The position numbers and the translations under genes are program-made. The notes under the pieces are model-generated. The model was not told where the DNA came from. It did no database searches and worked only from the letters and a program-made list of their open reading frames with translations. A stretch of DNA of 63,156 bases, counting the filler, from Folioceros fuciformis (lineage: Eukaryota): assembly GCA_049999805.1 (NCBI GenBank). It is 3 parts of 3 records of this genome, joined end to end, with 100 filler letters (N's around TTAATTAATTAA, not from the genome) between each part and the next. Parts side by side here need not be neighbours in the genome. Positions count along the whole stretch, not along the records: positions 27,927 to 56,550 come from JBNGIO010005748.1; 2 more parts are not named here. The stretch is one strand, 5' to 3'. Below, piece after piece: positions 36,467-50,000 of the stretch; within the stretch, counting starts at the first letter, position 1; the number at the start of each line of letters is the position of its first letter.

Positions 36467-39400
36467 ATGTCAGCAGCTCAATGGCCTCCAACAACGTGGA
36501 AGGTGCGCGCCGTCTCACGCAATTGCCCTCTGCCGATGCTCCTTACCCCACGAGGCCCCTCGGCTCACACCTCGCTGCTGGAGCAGTGCCAGGGTAGCTA
36601 GCGGAGGGATCCGCGACGGGGTCCTCAACCGTGGTGCTTGTGTGCATGCAGGGGTCCTTCTCCTTTGATGATTTTTTCAAGAATCTGGTGAGCGACTATT
36701 TGCCATCTGTTTACGACGATGAGCTCGACGGGGCTGATGGGGCCAACAGTCACGGTGGCCTTTCAAATGGATTGCACCGCCTTGATTCGGACGGGGGACA
36801 TAAGGGCTCTGGTGGCTTCACCGGTCCGGCCTTTGTCGAGGCTGAAGCATTGCTGCCGCTCTTTAAGGAGGCTCGGAGGGAGTTGATGGAGCTCAGCAGC
36901 CAGGTGGTGTTCGTCACGAGGCTTGTCATTTCTCAGGGGATTTGTATTGAAATGGGGTGTCTGGTGTGGTGTTGAGCTTGGCGTCAGTCTGAACATTGTC
37001 CTGACTGGTCTTCGTTGTTGCTTGGGATAGATTGACGGGCGGTTAAAGAAGCTGACGAAGGAAGTGTCCTTACATGATGGCAAGCACAGAAAGAAGCTCG
37101 TGGAGGTGAGGTTTCGAGGACCCTTAGTATCGTCGTGTGTATTCTGAGGCTGTTGCCATGGTTAGTCTATGCTCTGGTGCGTATCGTTGTACGGATGTGG
37201 AGCTCTGTATTCCGAGGTCTGAGCTTAAATTTTTCTGGCAGCTAGAAAAAAACATAGGTGTATTATATGACAGCTTCAACCGTCTAGACAGTCGAATTTC
37301 TGGGATTGGCCAAACTGCCGCGAGGATTGGGGAACATTTACAGGTTGGTAACCCATCCTCCTTAAACTTTCAAGTTTAGTTTTTGGCTTGACCTGTGTTT
37401 GAAAGGAGTTCTGCCCTTTCTTATATGTGATTGTGTCATGTGTTTCAGAATGCTGATCAACAAAAGGAAACGGCCAATCAATCAATCGAACTCATCAGGG
37501 TATCAATAGCTGTCCTCCTCATCTCGTGAAAGTGGTTTCTCGGACTGTTGGGAACTCTGTCGCATCACCTTATGGCCGTTTTAGAACTGATTCCTGACCC
37601 TTGTGCTCCCTCAGTATTTGATGGAGTTCAATGGATCGTATGGTGATCTCATGGAGCTGTCGCCACTCTTTTCTGATGATAGCCGCGTTGCTGAAGCAGC
37701 TGCAATCGCTCAAAAGCTCCGTAAGCCACTTCATCTCTATTCAAGGGCTGGAGCATGTGCTCACAAACTGTGTTCACGTATGCTTTAAGAGGTTTGTATG
37801 AGGTGTTTGGAACTAAACTGCAATACCATTCTAGCACCTTAGGTGCTCTGGCGGAGGGTGACTTGGCAAGGTCTGGCTCGGGCACGTCTGGTAAGGGTAC
37901 TGCAAATGCGAGCTCTGGCCTAGAAGTGGCTATTGCGAACCTTCAAGACTACTGCAATGGTAACTCTCTTGACCGCTACCTTAATTTGCATCCAAAAGGT
38001 GAAACAACAGTATGTCTCTAAATGGTGTCACTCATGTGGTGCAGAACTGGAAAATCGCCTGCTGTCAAGATTTGATGCCGCATCACACAAGCGAGAATTG
38101 GCTACCATGGCAGAGTGTGCTAAAATCCTCGTTCAGGTGACAATTCCTCGTCGACTATGCCAGTATGTGAAGCATGCCTTTTCTGGTGGCCGGCCAGAAG
38201 ATTTACGGCAGGCTCTATGGCGAACTCTGATTTGTTTGCGTAACTTATCTGGCGTCCTGATGTCCTTGTCATATGCGTGTATGGCAGTTCAACAGAGGAA
38301 CAAGCGCAATGCAACGCTATGTTGCGTCACGACCCATGTTTATTGATGTTGAGATCATGACCATGGATGCCAGGACAGTCCTTGGGGAAAAGGGGATACA
38401 GGGGGGTCCAAATACTCTGGCAAGAGGACTGGCGGCTCTTTACAAGGAAATTGTTGGTGATCCCCTGACCAAAGCCTTATTGTTCTGCAATCAGAAGCTG
38501 TCAAAATGTTTTCCTCAACTCAACACTGCTCTAATCTCCATGGCAGAAACTGTGCGCAAGGAAGCAGCTACAGTGGCGGCTGTATTCCCATCTCCTGATG
38601 CCGTGATGGCAATCCTTGTGCAGGTCATTTTTATTTTGATCCTTATCACCCCCGGTTGTAGTGTCAGTTACGAATGCTGGGGTACAGGTGTTCAAAGAGT
38701 TGCTTTCTCTCGATTGTGCAGCGTGTCATGGAACAACGGGTATTTGCTGTGTTGGATCGAATTTTGCCGAGACCATCTTTAACGAATCCCATTCCTCTAG
38801 AAGAGGGTGGTTACCTTCAGGTGTGTTGTGCGGCTCATGAGTCTGCCATGAGTGGTGTTTCAGTGGTACTGATTGTGTGCCTCATGCAGTATCTTCGGAC
38901 ATTCGCCGCTGCTTATGAGCGGACCCAGGAGTTGGCAAAGGAACTGCATGGACTTGGATGTGGAGAGCTTGACGTCGAAGGTCGTCTTTCTCCCCTGCCG
39001 AAAATGTATGCTTTGGGAAGTTTAGAATAATGACTATGCTGGCTTGATCCCATTTGCCTAGTGGCGTATCTGACACTAATATGCTTGAATGGCAGTGAAA
39101 TTCTTTTGCAAGATTACTGTTCAGTAGTACATATGTGAAGGTTATTATCTATGCTTCGCTTAGAACGTCGAAGGTTTGACACCTCTGGTACTGGTGATGT
39201 TCTCAGGGCTTGCTGAGGTGTTGTTCTCAACTCATAGAGAGGAGTATATTGAGCTTGAAAGAGGGTCGTTAAGCCAGCTGTTCCAAGCAAAGGTTCGGAG
39301 ATGCTTTGTGTTGGCTGCGGTCTACTGGAAGACATCAAGGAGCAGGCACTGATGCTTGTTTCTCTAAGCAGATGCTGGAGTTGAAGTCTGGAACTTTGCA

Positions 39401-41423
39401 AGTGGCAGAACAACGGAATAGTCGAGCTGCCGTAACGCTCCTGTCACAGCCTCCAATGTCAGTTGGTGTTGTTACAGAATTCGTGCGGTGGAACGAGGAA
39501 GCTGTTTCTCGCTGTGTTCTGCTAACGAGTCAGGTTACTGCCAAGCATGCCATGTTCTTACCGGACTCAGTCAATCTCAAGTTTTTATCTCTCTACGGTG
39601 GCTACAAGTCTCGTGACAGACAGATGTCCTCTTAGGTTGATCTCATATTTCATGTTTGTCTTTGTTTTGCAGCCCGTACCCTTGGCTACAAACGTGAGAG
39701 CCATCTTTACTTGCCTCCTTGATCAGGTCTGGCTGCACACTTTCACTAAGAATTCTTCACAGCGTGCTTAGTTTTTACGTTTGAATAAAACGCTGAACTG
39801 GTGGTACGTGCAGGTTGGCCAATACACCACGGAAGGGTTGCAAAGGGCACAGGAGGCGCTAAATGAGGCGGGCTCCCTGAGAGAACGATTTATCATAGGG
39901 GCGACGATGAGTAGAAGAGTAGCAGCAGCAGCAGCAGCAGCTGTGAGTTTCTCAACCGTACGTGATGATGTCTTATATCTAGCAGTAGGCGAGCTCATTT
40001 TGATACTTCTTCCACGTCTCCTAACATCGCAGGCGGAAGCAGCAGCTGCAGCGGGGGAAAATAGCTTTCGTGCGTTTATGGTGGCTGTACAAAGGGCTAC
40101 CACTAATGTTGGGCTGGTTCAACAAGTAAGAAACATCTGTCTGTAGCAGTTTGACTAAATGCAGCATAAAATCGTTTGGGCACCGTCATGGGGAAGGCTT
40201 ATCGATTACTCTCCTTATGTGCTTTTGCAGTATTTCGTTAATACAGTCGCTCGACTGTTGTTACCGGTGGATGGAGCTCATGCTGCTTGCTGTGAAGAAA
40301 TGGCTACGGCAATGTCTGACGCTGAAAGTGCAGCCTTGAAAGGCCTTCAGCATTGTATCGATACTATTATGGCAGAGGTGGATGACACGAGAGAAATTTC
40401 TGAATTGTGTATCAGTCCAAAGCCTTACGGTCAGCGTGATCATGATGGAGGGTGACCTAATGCATGATCTTCTGCGCGGATGGCATGCATTGGCAGGTAG
40501 AGCGTCTTCTCACCTCTGAGCAGAAAGTATCCGATTATAAGCCCCCTGAGGATGGCAATCCTCCAGATCACCGCCCAACAGGAGCCTGCACAAGGTGAGC
40601 GGCAAGCAATGTTCCTTGCTTGGTCAGTACGGATTGTATGTACGGTACGGTTATAGGCATACCTTGGTTAACTCTGGTGACATCAGGGTGGTGGCGTACT
40701 TGGGCCGAATGCTGGAAGCAGCTTATGGTGCTTTGGAAGGATTGAACAAGCAGGCCTTCATGACAGAGCTGGTATTGATGCCTGACATTTGCATCAGAAA
40801 GGACTATTTCGTTTGAGGACATTGCACTGATCGCTGCTTTTATGACAGGGTAATCGCCTCTACAAAGGTTTTATAGTACACTGGCAGCGGTTTATCTTCA
40901 GTCCAAGGTATGCAGTCGTTCCTGTGGGGCAACAGTTTGAACTTAGGTCGTGTCACGGCTGGAAGGTGGGTAGAAAGATTTATCTGTGTTTCCTTGCAGT
41001 GGAGGCCTTCGGTTGAAGCGTGACGTTTCCGAGTATGCGGAATTTGTGAGGAGTTTCAAAGCCCCTGCAGTCGATGAAAAATTCGAGCTTCTAGGAACGT
41101 AAGTCTGCGTAGGTCAGATTTCGTAATAACACTCGTAAAGGGCTCTTTGAGAACTATTTAATGACTACTTTTTCTGTTGCAGGATGATGAATGTATTCAT
41201 CGTTGCACCAGAAAGTCTCCCAACTCTTGTGGATGGCAGCTTGAAACAAGCACGGAAGGATGCAATCAAGTACGTTTCAGGATCGTTTGTAGGGCTTGCT
41301 TCGCACCACCCTTCTCCTTTGAACAACTCCTTAATGCTCTTGTTTGTTTGCAGGTTCATCTCACTCCGAGAAGACTACAAAACAGCCAAGATTGCCAGCA
41401 GATTCAGCAGTTTAGCTGAGTGA
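36467..41423 (+). CDS. SEC10: Exocyst complex component SEC10 (EXOC5), about 24 short exons
   Basis: GSFSFDDFFKNLV, FNRLDSRISGIGQTAARIGEHLQ, YLMEFN..DLMELSPLFSDDSRVAEAAAIAQKLR, ELENRLLSRFD, RRVAAAAAAA|AEAAAAAGENSFRAFMVAVQR, VFIVAPESLPTLV, FISLREDYKTAKIASRF. Start exon inferred as MSAAQWPPTTWK. Confidence 0.95.
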
Positions 41424-43409
41424 AATGTACAAGATACCCTGTATTTTACCTGGCTGGCAGTCTTTGCAGTGCTTTGGTGTAACCGCTTCCATTTAATCCC
41501 CGATTATTTTTAATAAAATTCACGTCATGTTGCCACGCAAGCAAGCACTAACCTGCAGTAAGTTTTCATTGATTCGGCCTCCCGCACACTGAAACACTGG
41601 CCTGCAGGAAGTTTCTACTTGATTCCTCCGGGATATCTCTGGAGCGACTCTTTGAACTGGCTACGGTAATTCAAGAAGGCCTGACGAAGGCTGGGCAACC
41701 AGCTTCTGGATATGAGCTTGAAAGAGACGCCAATACGAGGTGAAGGCGGCAAGTGCTTGGTTCCTTTGCCTGGTGTCTGCGGGAGTGTGGGTGTCGCGTT
41801 TTGAGTTGTGTTATTTTTGGAGGACACGATTTTCGTTGTCAGCGGCAAGCTCAGTTCGGTAGCTTGAACCGCAGCTTTCTATGCAGAGCTCTCGTTTCAG
41901 AGGGAGACTGCGAGCTGCGCCGCTTTCGCGCTCTTCCTACATGGACACCATCTGTATGGTAGTAACTTTGTCAGGTTTCTCTGTGCTGGTAGTGCGCAGT
42001 GAGAAGTATGGTAAGTTGCACAAGTCCTCTTTCCGGAACGGTTTATTCACACGATTTGCTGCCTGTGTTTGGGGAGTGTATTCCGTCTGTTGTATGCCTC
42101 TAGGAAAGTAGCGGCGAGATTTCGTTTTGGGTAGGAAGGCAGACGCTCGGGTTCTGCATGTAACAGACGTCCAGCGATTGTTAGTTGGTGATTTTGGAGC
42201 CTGTTGAAGGTGCGTTGGAGTCATTCAGATCAGCGGTACTTGTCCAAGGGGCCTGTTGGCCAGAGGGGGTGCTTTCTTATGTCACAGCTTCACCTGCCAC
42301 TTGATGAGAACCTTTTCTCTAAACCTGAGAAGGGCCGCTTGACCCGCCGAGTAAAGTCTATGCTTTGAACTGTGTGTTTTAGGTTGGTCTTCTTACAGTC
42401 TGTCGTGCATATTTGTGATTTCGGCAACAACGCACAACTGGGGTCTGTGAAATCTTGCGACTGAGGGCTGATTCGAACAGAACTTCATGCCTTGGCACCT
42501 ACTGCATACTCTTGTCGTGAGGACACAACGTAGACAAATTGTATGTCTTTCATGATGGCATTTTCTTTGTAGACCTATTCAGAACCGCACGAGAAATGAA
42601 TTACTTCGCTGCTGTTTCTCCGAGTTTAGCCCGAGTCTTCCTGAACTGCTACTTACATTAGGTGAGGCCTCCGTCTGTCCGCAGCCTGTGTATAGCTGGC
42701 ACCCTACGGAGCTGTAGCGAACCGTGAGCCGGGGACGGAAAATGGCAGACCCATTATCTGTGGGAATGATATTTAAGGTATCAGTTAGGAGGGACTCGTT
42801 TTTCTTTCCCAAGCCCGGAGTGACCCGGGTTTTCTCCTCTTCCTCAGTTTCGAACCCTAAACCCTGGAGGGCAGCACACCTCGCTTCGATTCACAAATGC
42901 GTGCCCTGAACAACGAAGGGGGGGGGGGCAGAATATGGAGTGGTCCTCGCATTGGACAGGTGTTACTGACGCCATTCGCAAGTAGCTAAGGATCCGAGAA
43001 GTCAGTGAATCTCCAGGAGTACATCACCGACCGACGACAGTGAGAACCCTAGCTGCCGCGCTGAGCAGCGGATTCGACGACATTCAACGACATTTCTCCG
43101 TTGGGTTGAGGCATCAGCCTGCTCGGCAATGATTGCGAGGAGACGTGGGCTGATCAAGGGTCGGCTGCAACATCACTTGCGCCGCCTATGGGATCCACCA
43201 TCGGTAACCCGAACCTAGTTTGTGTGCCTTAAAACGGGGAGGGACCGGCAGTGAACAGGAGATTCTCAGATGCATGCGTGTCTGCACTGATAGTGATCAC
43301 GGCTAGGCAGGGGCAATCAAAAGCATATATTCCCAGAGTTATTACTTGATGCACAAGCATTCACAATAGAGAGACCGGATGTAGTTTATATTGAAAAAAA
43401 TTGAGAGGA

Positions 43410-43607
43410 GTGATGAGCGGTACGGTGGAGCGGTGAGCGATGTGCAGTGGAGCAAGGGAGATATGGCGTGGTGAGGCGGTGAGCGATGTGNNNNNNNNNN
43501 GGGAGATATGGCGTGGTGAGGCGGTGAGCGATGTGGAGCAAGGGAGAGGTGTGTGGAGCAAGGAAATACGGTATGGTGGAGCGGTGAGCTATGTGGAGCA
43601 AGGGAGA
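43410..43607. repeat. Minisatellite (~41-bp units) spanning a 10-N gap
   Basis: GGGAGATATGGCGTGGTGAGGCGGTGAGCGATGTG(GAGCAA) recurs. Confidence 0.85.
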
Positions 43608-46600
43608 TGCGGTGTCTCTTACTTCATGGCTTTAACTCGTCCCCACACATTTGATTTAGGTACTTTATCTATTCTAGTGCGGCTTAGTTGGAGACTTTCT
43701 TGGTTGTAATATCTTTGAGCTTTATCATATGAGTATCTATCATATGAGTAAGAGGTGAATCATAAGAATGGTTGTCTTTGGATGTTGAAGTAAGAATAGG
43801 GTCCCTTGCAAAAGTTGTAGGGGGTGAGGATGTAGGAGATTGTAGGAGAAAGGGTAGAAGGGGAGTTTATTAGTGGGTTATGAGTGTGTGATGACTCACA
43901 CACACCTTTAAACATCCTAGATGCCACACCTTCACAAACAAGTGTTTTAGTTAAATCCACAGAGGTTGGGTCATGTGAGTTAGACATTCCTACCATCTTT
44001 GGATTGTCTAACATGAACGAATACAATACTTCCTAGTAAGCTCACTCATAAGCATATACTCTCATGCCATGATTCTTGGTCTCTTGCTTATACTACTTCT
44101 TGAGGGAGTCCATTGTGTTGCGACATGTAAGACCTATTGAAACAAATCCTATGTTAAAGGGTGCAATTTTGAGTGCAATAGTGTCCTATTGATGGCAAGA
44201 AAAGGTTTCCTTTGTGAAGATGGTTAACATACACCTCCTCATACGTCGAGATTAGAGCATGAGTGCTCTCTCATGTCCGTGTAGCCACATTTTGGTTTCC
44301 AAGCTTAGGAATTGTTGAAACTTGTAACCTAGATGCGCTTAGACAAGTACCACTTGTATTGCCAATATGTTGTATTGAAACAGTAAATCCATGAGGAATA
44401 AATTGAGCAACTTTACGAAGACTATCAAGCACAAGCAACAAAGTGGATTGGTGGTCACATGCACCCAACATATATCCCAAGTGCACAAATAAATACATAT
44501 GGTAGATGTTATGGAAAAGCCGTGCTAACTAAAACAGAGCTTTGTCCCTTAAAAGTAGGGTTGCTCTCTACTTTTAATGGACAAAGCTCCATTTCCTTTT
44601 AAAAGGTTCTTCTGTGAATGGTGTGAAAGATGGAGGTGTCCTAATATGTCCTAAGAAGCACTTGAGGCCTCCAATTGTTCAAACTCCATTTTTGGAAGAT
44701 GGGTTCTTTTGAGGTGTCCTTTGTGGAGATAGTTTATTTGACTGGTATCTTAAAGTGTGGACTACCTAAACAAAATAAATGATATGTTGAGAGCTTTTTA
44801 CACTACTATAGTACAAAATTTGCACGTCTTTCTCTGTATCTTCATTGCCGTAGAGGAGCATAAAGGCAACATGTCTCACCTTAGCCCATTTTCAATCAAG
44901 GGATCAATGTTGGCAGGTGCAAACATGATAGCCTACCTTCACATCCACTCTATGATTCTACTTGCACCAAAACTCCCCATCTATAGCATATGAAAGGCAA
45001 ACAATCTTATTGACATAACCTTGGAAATAGATGTCAACCAGTTAGCACCCAGGGCACTTCTGCCCTTTGGCATGATGTTGTTGTTTAGTCAGACTTAGTT
45101 TTCATGTAAACAAGTATGTAATGCACAAAAGCAATGGGAAACTTTGTAGCATATTAATCCAAGATGCATGCATAAAGGAGGAGAGTGTCAATCCAAGAGT
45201 ACCCTTTGTCATTGTTCTCCAAAATTATATGCAATTGCAAGCACCTATCCATGGAAAATCTTAAAATCCATAAAAAAATGTAAGAGGAAGAGATAGCATG
45301 GAGGAGGAAGGTGGGTGAGTAGGAGGTGCGAGGGAAGACGTCACCTTCTTGTAAGGGTTGCGAGTCTTAGGAGTTCAGACCTTTTGATTTTGTCAAAGGG
45401 TTTGTGGATATGACATTGGAAGAAGACTAGGTTTATATATGAGACCTCTCATAAATCAGGGACCTTATTGTTTGGTATTCTTTCGTCCAGCTTTGCGCAA
45501 TACCCAAGTTATCTCACTTGGGACTATTGCTCCTTTTTGACTTTGGACTCTTACTTGTTCTCCAGCTTTGCTAGCAAGTTTGAAAATTCTTGATAGTTGG
45601 ATTATATAGGTGTTTAGGGACATTATAAGTCTCTTGGTACCTTCGAATGTGCCATTGGTTATTTGGTCTAGAAGCGAGATCTTTGCAAGTTGCCTTCGGG
45701 AGCACTAGCCTACTAGCCATGGAGGCCTCGGCTCCAATGACTATCGTTGGTAGCTATTCCTTATCAACCCTAATTCTAGCGTCTCAATTTTTATTATAGG
45801 AGGCTTCTATCTTGGGAGTCAAGGAGGGGGTATTGCCTATTCAAGTGCCTACGAGGCAAACCTTTTTCTACATATGAGGCATAACTTTTTTGACAACTCC
45901 TCTCCGTTGCTTTGCCGAGGCCGCTGGCCAAGTGTGGCGCATAAAACCCCCCCTCGTGCTGTCTCCCTGGTGTCCCGGCAGTGCCGTAATCGAAATATTT
46001 CTTTGTTTGTTTTTATTTTTTTTCAAAAACGTATCAGACTTAATGCCACTTTCCATGTGGCTGAAACAAAACCAAAACTATGGCAGTCCACTTTTGGAGG
46101 GAGGAAAGATTCCTCAATTAGTTTTTGACCCTCCACAACCCTCCTTTCCGCTTTTCGCGCCAACATTTGACGCTTTTCGCGCCAACATTTGACGCCCTTG
46201 GGGACTGTAGGCAGTACCTTTCACCGGTATATCAACATTTGACACCCTTAGGGACTATGGGCAGTATCTTTCACCAATACATCCCGTCACTTTGCAGAGT
46301 AGCCACATTGTTTTTTCTCCATTTGTAAAGATTGTCCCAGTGTCATGTAGCATACTAGAGGTATAGAATCAACAATGGCATTCAATCAGCCCTTGGTTCT
46401 CGATTCCCAGCAACCTCCTCTTCAATCACACCAATTTTTTTCCTTCTATGAGGCTTACAGTACAATCGAGTTGCTATGCATCCGAAAAACCACACATTGT
46501 AGTGAGGAGGGTGTCTTCCTTATCTGCCACTCTCATCTCATACCTTATCTGCCACTCTCATCTCATACGGCAAGAAGAATAGGCAAGAACAATAGAAATG

Positions 46601-47067
46601 TGGACTCTCATCTCATACGGGAAGAAGAATAGAAATGTGGACATTTCGTAGGCACGAAATGTGACCACAACGGCCATCATAGCTGCGAGAATAGGGTGAT
46701 CTTGAGGATCAACAACACATAACTATTTCTGATGTGCACATAACTATTTCTGATGTGCTCGCGGTGGCAAAGTTCTGAGGTGCACCGCGGGAGCAGCGTT
46801 TGGTCACGGTGAGTGCCCTTAAAATCCGGCACTTTTTCATGGTGTTATGGAACATGGAAAGTGGATTTGGGTACACATGGAAAGCGACCCTTAGTCTCAA
46901 GCTGTAACTCGCGTGCTCACATCTGTTCCCTGTAAGCAATTGGAACGCTGGTGGAGCGCCGCAAGACCTTGCTCAGTTATCAGCTGCGTGACTGAGAAGG
47001 TTTGGGAACTGGTTAGATTGCTGGCCTTATATGTGGCATCCATGCCCTGCCAAGGTGCTTGGAGGCG

Positions 47068-50000
47068 ATGAGAATTAGTGGGAACGTCGGCGGACTCGTT
47101 CCTCGACAAGGATGGCACAGGTGTTTCTCGAATCAGGAGTGTCCACCGAAGCGGTGGAAGCCTGGACGGCGCCGCGGTGAGTGTCGGCTTTTCTCAGCTG
47201 CTCGATCAAGTTGCGGCTGCGGGCGTAAAGCAAGTTTGAAGTTGTAGATCCTTGCCTGCAGAAGACAGGCCTATAGCAGCACGGAAGGCATTGTGGAGAA
47301 AGTTCCTGGAGGATCCTTCCCAGTGGTGGGACCACAGGTGCTGCAAGGTACAAGTCTGCTGCCCTCTTGTAGACCAGCCCTGTGAGTTTCTCACGACGTT
47401 GCCTTACTCAGCAAGACTTTGAGGCCTGGTTAGGCGCTGCTTGTTCCACGGTGTGCAGTTGACCATAAGTGATCACCACAGAGGAACGTCAAGTACCCGG
47501 ACTTCGTGCACAGCACAACAAGGGAGGGCTTGTGGATCGACGGCTGGTCCAACCCTGCTTGGGTCAAATCTAAGGTTGCAGCGTTGCGGGAAGCACGAGC
47601 TGGCGGTGCTACTAGAGCATCCTTCCGCGGTGGCTTAGCTCCTGCTGCTTCTTGCGGGGGTGACAGCGCTGTAAGGTGCTTCCGTTTTAACCTGCTCAGT
47701 GTGACAAGGCTGGCTACTGGTTTAGGTTTGAAGTGGTTGGAGGGTTTTGCTGAAAACCTGTTTGTTATGCTTGGTGCTTGCAGAGTAGCCACTGAAGGGG
47801 CTTGGAGTCCTGAAGTCTGGAGCAAGCTCTGTGACAATGGTCAGCTCGAAGAGGCATTTGGAGTGCTTGAACTCATGGAGCAGCAAGGAGTATCGGTACC
47901 TTCAGACATGTTTCAGCGCCTCCTCTCAGAATGCATTGGGAAGAAGAACTTTGGCCTCGGCAGACGTTTACATGCTCTTGCTGTTAGAAGTGGGCAAGAC
48001 TCTAAAACCGTTGTCGGGAATCACATAATTCGAATGTATGTTGCTCAGGGGAGCCTTTTGGAAGCAAGCCAGGTGTTTAGCCGGTTGCCTGCACCGGACG
48101 AGTTCGGGTGGGTGTCTATCATTTCAGCACATGTTCAGCAGGGACAAACTCAGAAGGCTGTTCAGTTCTATATGCAGATGCGAGAATCAAGTGTGAAACC
48201 TAACAGCTATGTGTACGTGGCTGCCCTCAAAGCATGCACCAGCGCCGATGATTTCACCTCTGGCACGGTGGTGCATTCTGATGTGAGGAATAGTGGATTT
48301 GAGTACAACCCGTTTGTTGGCAATGCACTTGTCAACATGTACAGCAAATTTGGGAAGTTGGACGAAGCTCGCAGCCTTTTTGATAGGTTGCCCACGAAGA
48401 ATGTGGTGACCTGGACATCCATGATTTTGGGATATGCACAGCGTGGACTAGGTCAGGAGGGTCTCCGACTTTACGTTAGAATGCAAGAGGAAGGTGTGAT
48501 TCCAAACAAGCTTACATACTTAAGCGCTTTGAAAGCCTGTGGAAGCGTAGGCGCCATACAGGAGGGCGAAAAGATCCATGGTCGGGTTTTGAAAGAGGGT
48601 CTTGAGGCAGATGTCTTTATTGGGAATTCTCTCCTGGCTATGTATGCTGACTGCGGAAATCTAGATATGGCACGTAGGGTCTTCGAGACGTTGCCAACTA
48701 GAAATATTGTGACTTGGACAACAATCATTGGAGGATATGTCCAGCGAGGTCTGGGTGTTGAAGCCCTCGAGCTCTACAGGAGAATGCAACATGACGGGAT
48801 AACACCAGATAGTATCACACTCGGCAGCATTTTAAGAGCATGTGGCAGTGCTGGTGCTATAGTAGAAGGGAAGAGAGTCCATGCTCAAATTGTCCACCGG
48901 GGGCTTGATAGAGATCTGGTCGTCGTCACCACACTCATTACAATGTACATTGATTGTGGATGCCTTGGGGAGGCAGAGAAAGTATTCGAGGGCCTGGCAG
49001 CCAAGAATGTTGTAGCATGGACTGCGATGATTGCAGGGTACCTGCGGCACGGGTCTGGTCAGGAAGCCCTTAAACTATTTCACAGGATGGAAGAAGAGGG
49101 TGTTAGACCAGACACAATGACACTTGTTACCACGTTGAGAGTATGTGGTAGCATCGGAGCCTTACAGGAGGGCAAGAGATTACACGCCCTCGTTTTGGAA
49201 AGGGGGCTTCATACTGATCTACATATCGGGAGTTCACTTATGAACATGTATACCGAATGTGGGAGCTTGGAAGATGCCCTCTTTGTATTTGATAGATTGC
49301 CTAACCGGAATGTGGTCACATGGACTGCGATGATCAATTGCTATGGCCAGCATAACAAGGGGAGACAGGCTGTGCAGTGTTTCGAAGAGATGCTCCGACA
49401 GGGAGTTGAGCCTGACGCCACAACCTACGTCTGTCTGCTTACTGCCTGCAGCCATGTTGCCCTAGTGAAAGAGGGTCAGCATTATTTTCAATTGATGGAA
49501 ACTGAGCATGGTATCATTCCATCAATCGATCACTATAACTGCATGGTTGACCTGTTAGGACGGTCAGGTTGCTTGGATGAAGCAGAAAAGCTTTTGCAAA
49601 CCATGCCAATGGGACCCGACGGTGTGGGATGGATGGCTCTGCTAACTGCATGCCAGATATACAGGCGTGTGGACGTAGGAAAGCGATGTTTTGATCGTCT
49701 CATCCAACTGAATATCCAAACGGGTGCTGCTTATGTGCTGATGTCAAGTATTTATTCTGATGCTGGCCTGTCAGCGGAAAGCGATCATATAGAGCGGTTG
49801 CGAAGATCCTCCGGCGCTAGGAAGCAGCCCGCAACAGCCCTGATCGAAGTGAATGACCAGGTGCACAAGTTTATTGTGGGTGACAGCAGCGCTTCATGGA
49901 GGGAGCCGAGTAGCACGAGCTCAGCAGACCTGTCCCACTGGCCTGAGCTTTACCATAAGTTAAGGAGTTTGAGTGTGCGCATGAAGGAGGAGGGCTATGT

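Noticed and set aside
39163-39178. ACGTCGAAGGT inside a SEC10 intron repeating the upstream exon end (possible micro-exon)
   Set aside because: Only 11 bp, could be chance, and inclusion would shift the frame.
39921-40052. (GCA)n microsatellite in SEC10
   Set aside because: It encodes the Ala-rich stretch conserved in plant SEC10.
41600-43300. Possible gene or promoter downstream of SEC10 (telo-box AAACCCTAAA near 42853)
   Set aside because: No recognisable coding motifs or consistent exon chain.
43700-46300. AT-rich tract that may be an old DNA-transposon remnant
   Set aside because: No diagnostic transposase motif or termini could be read with confidence.
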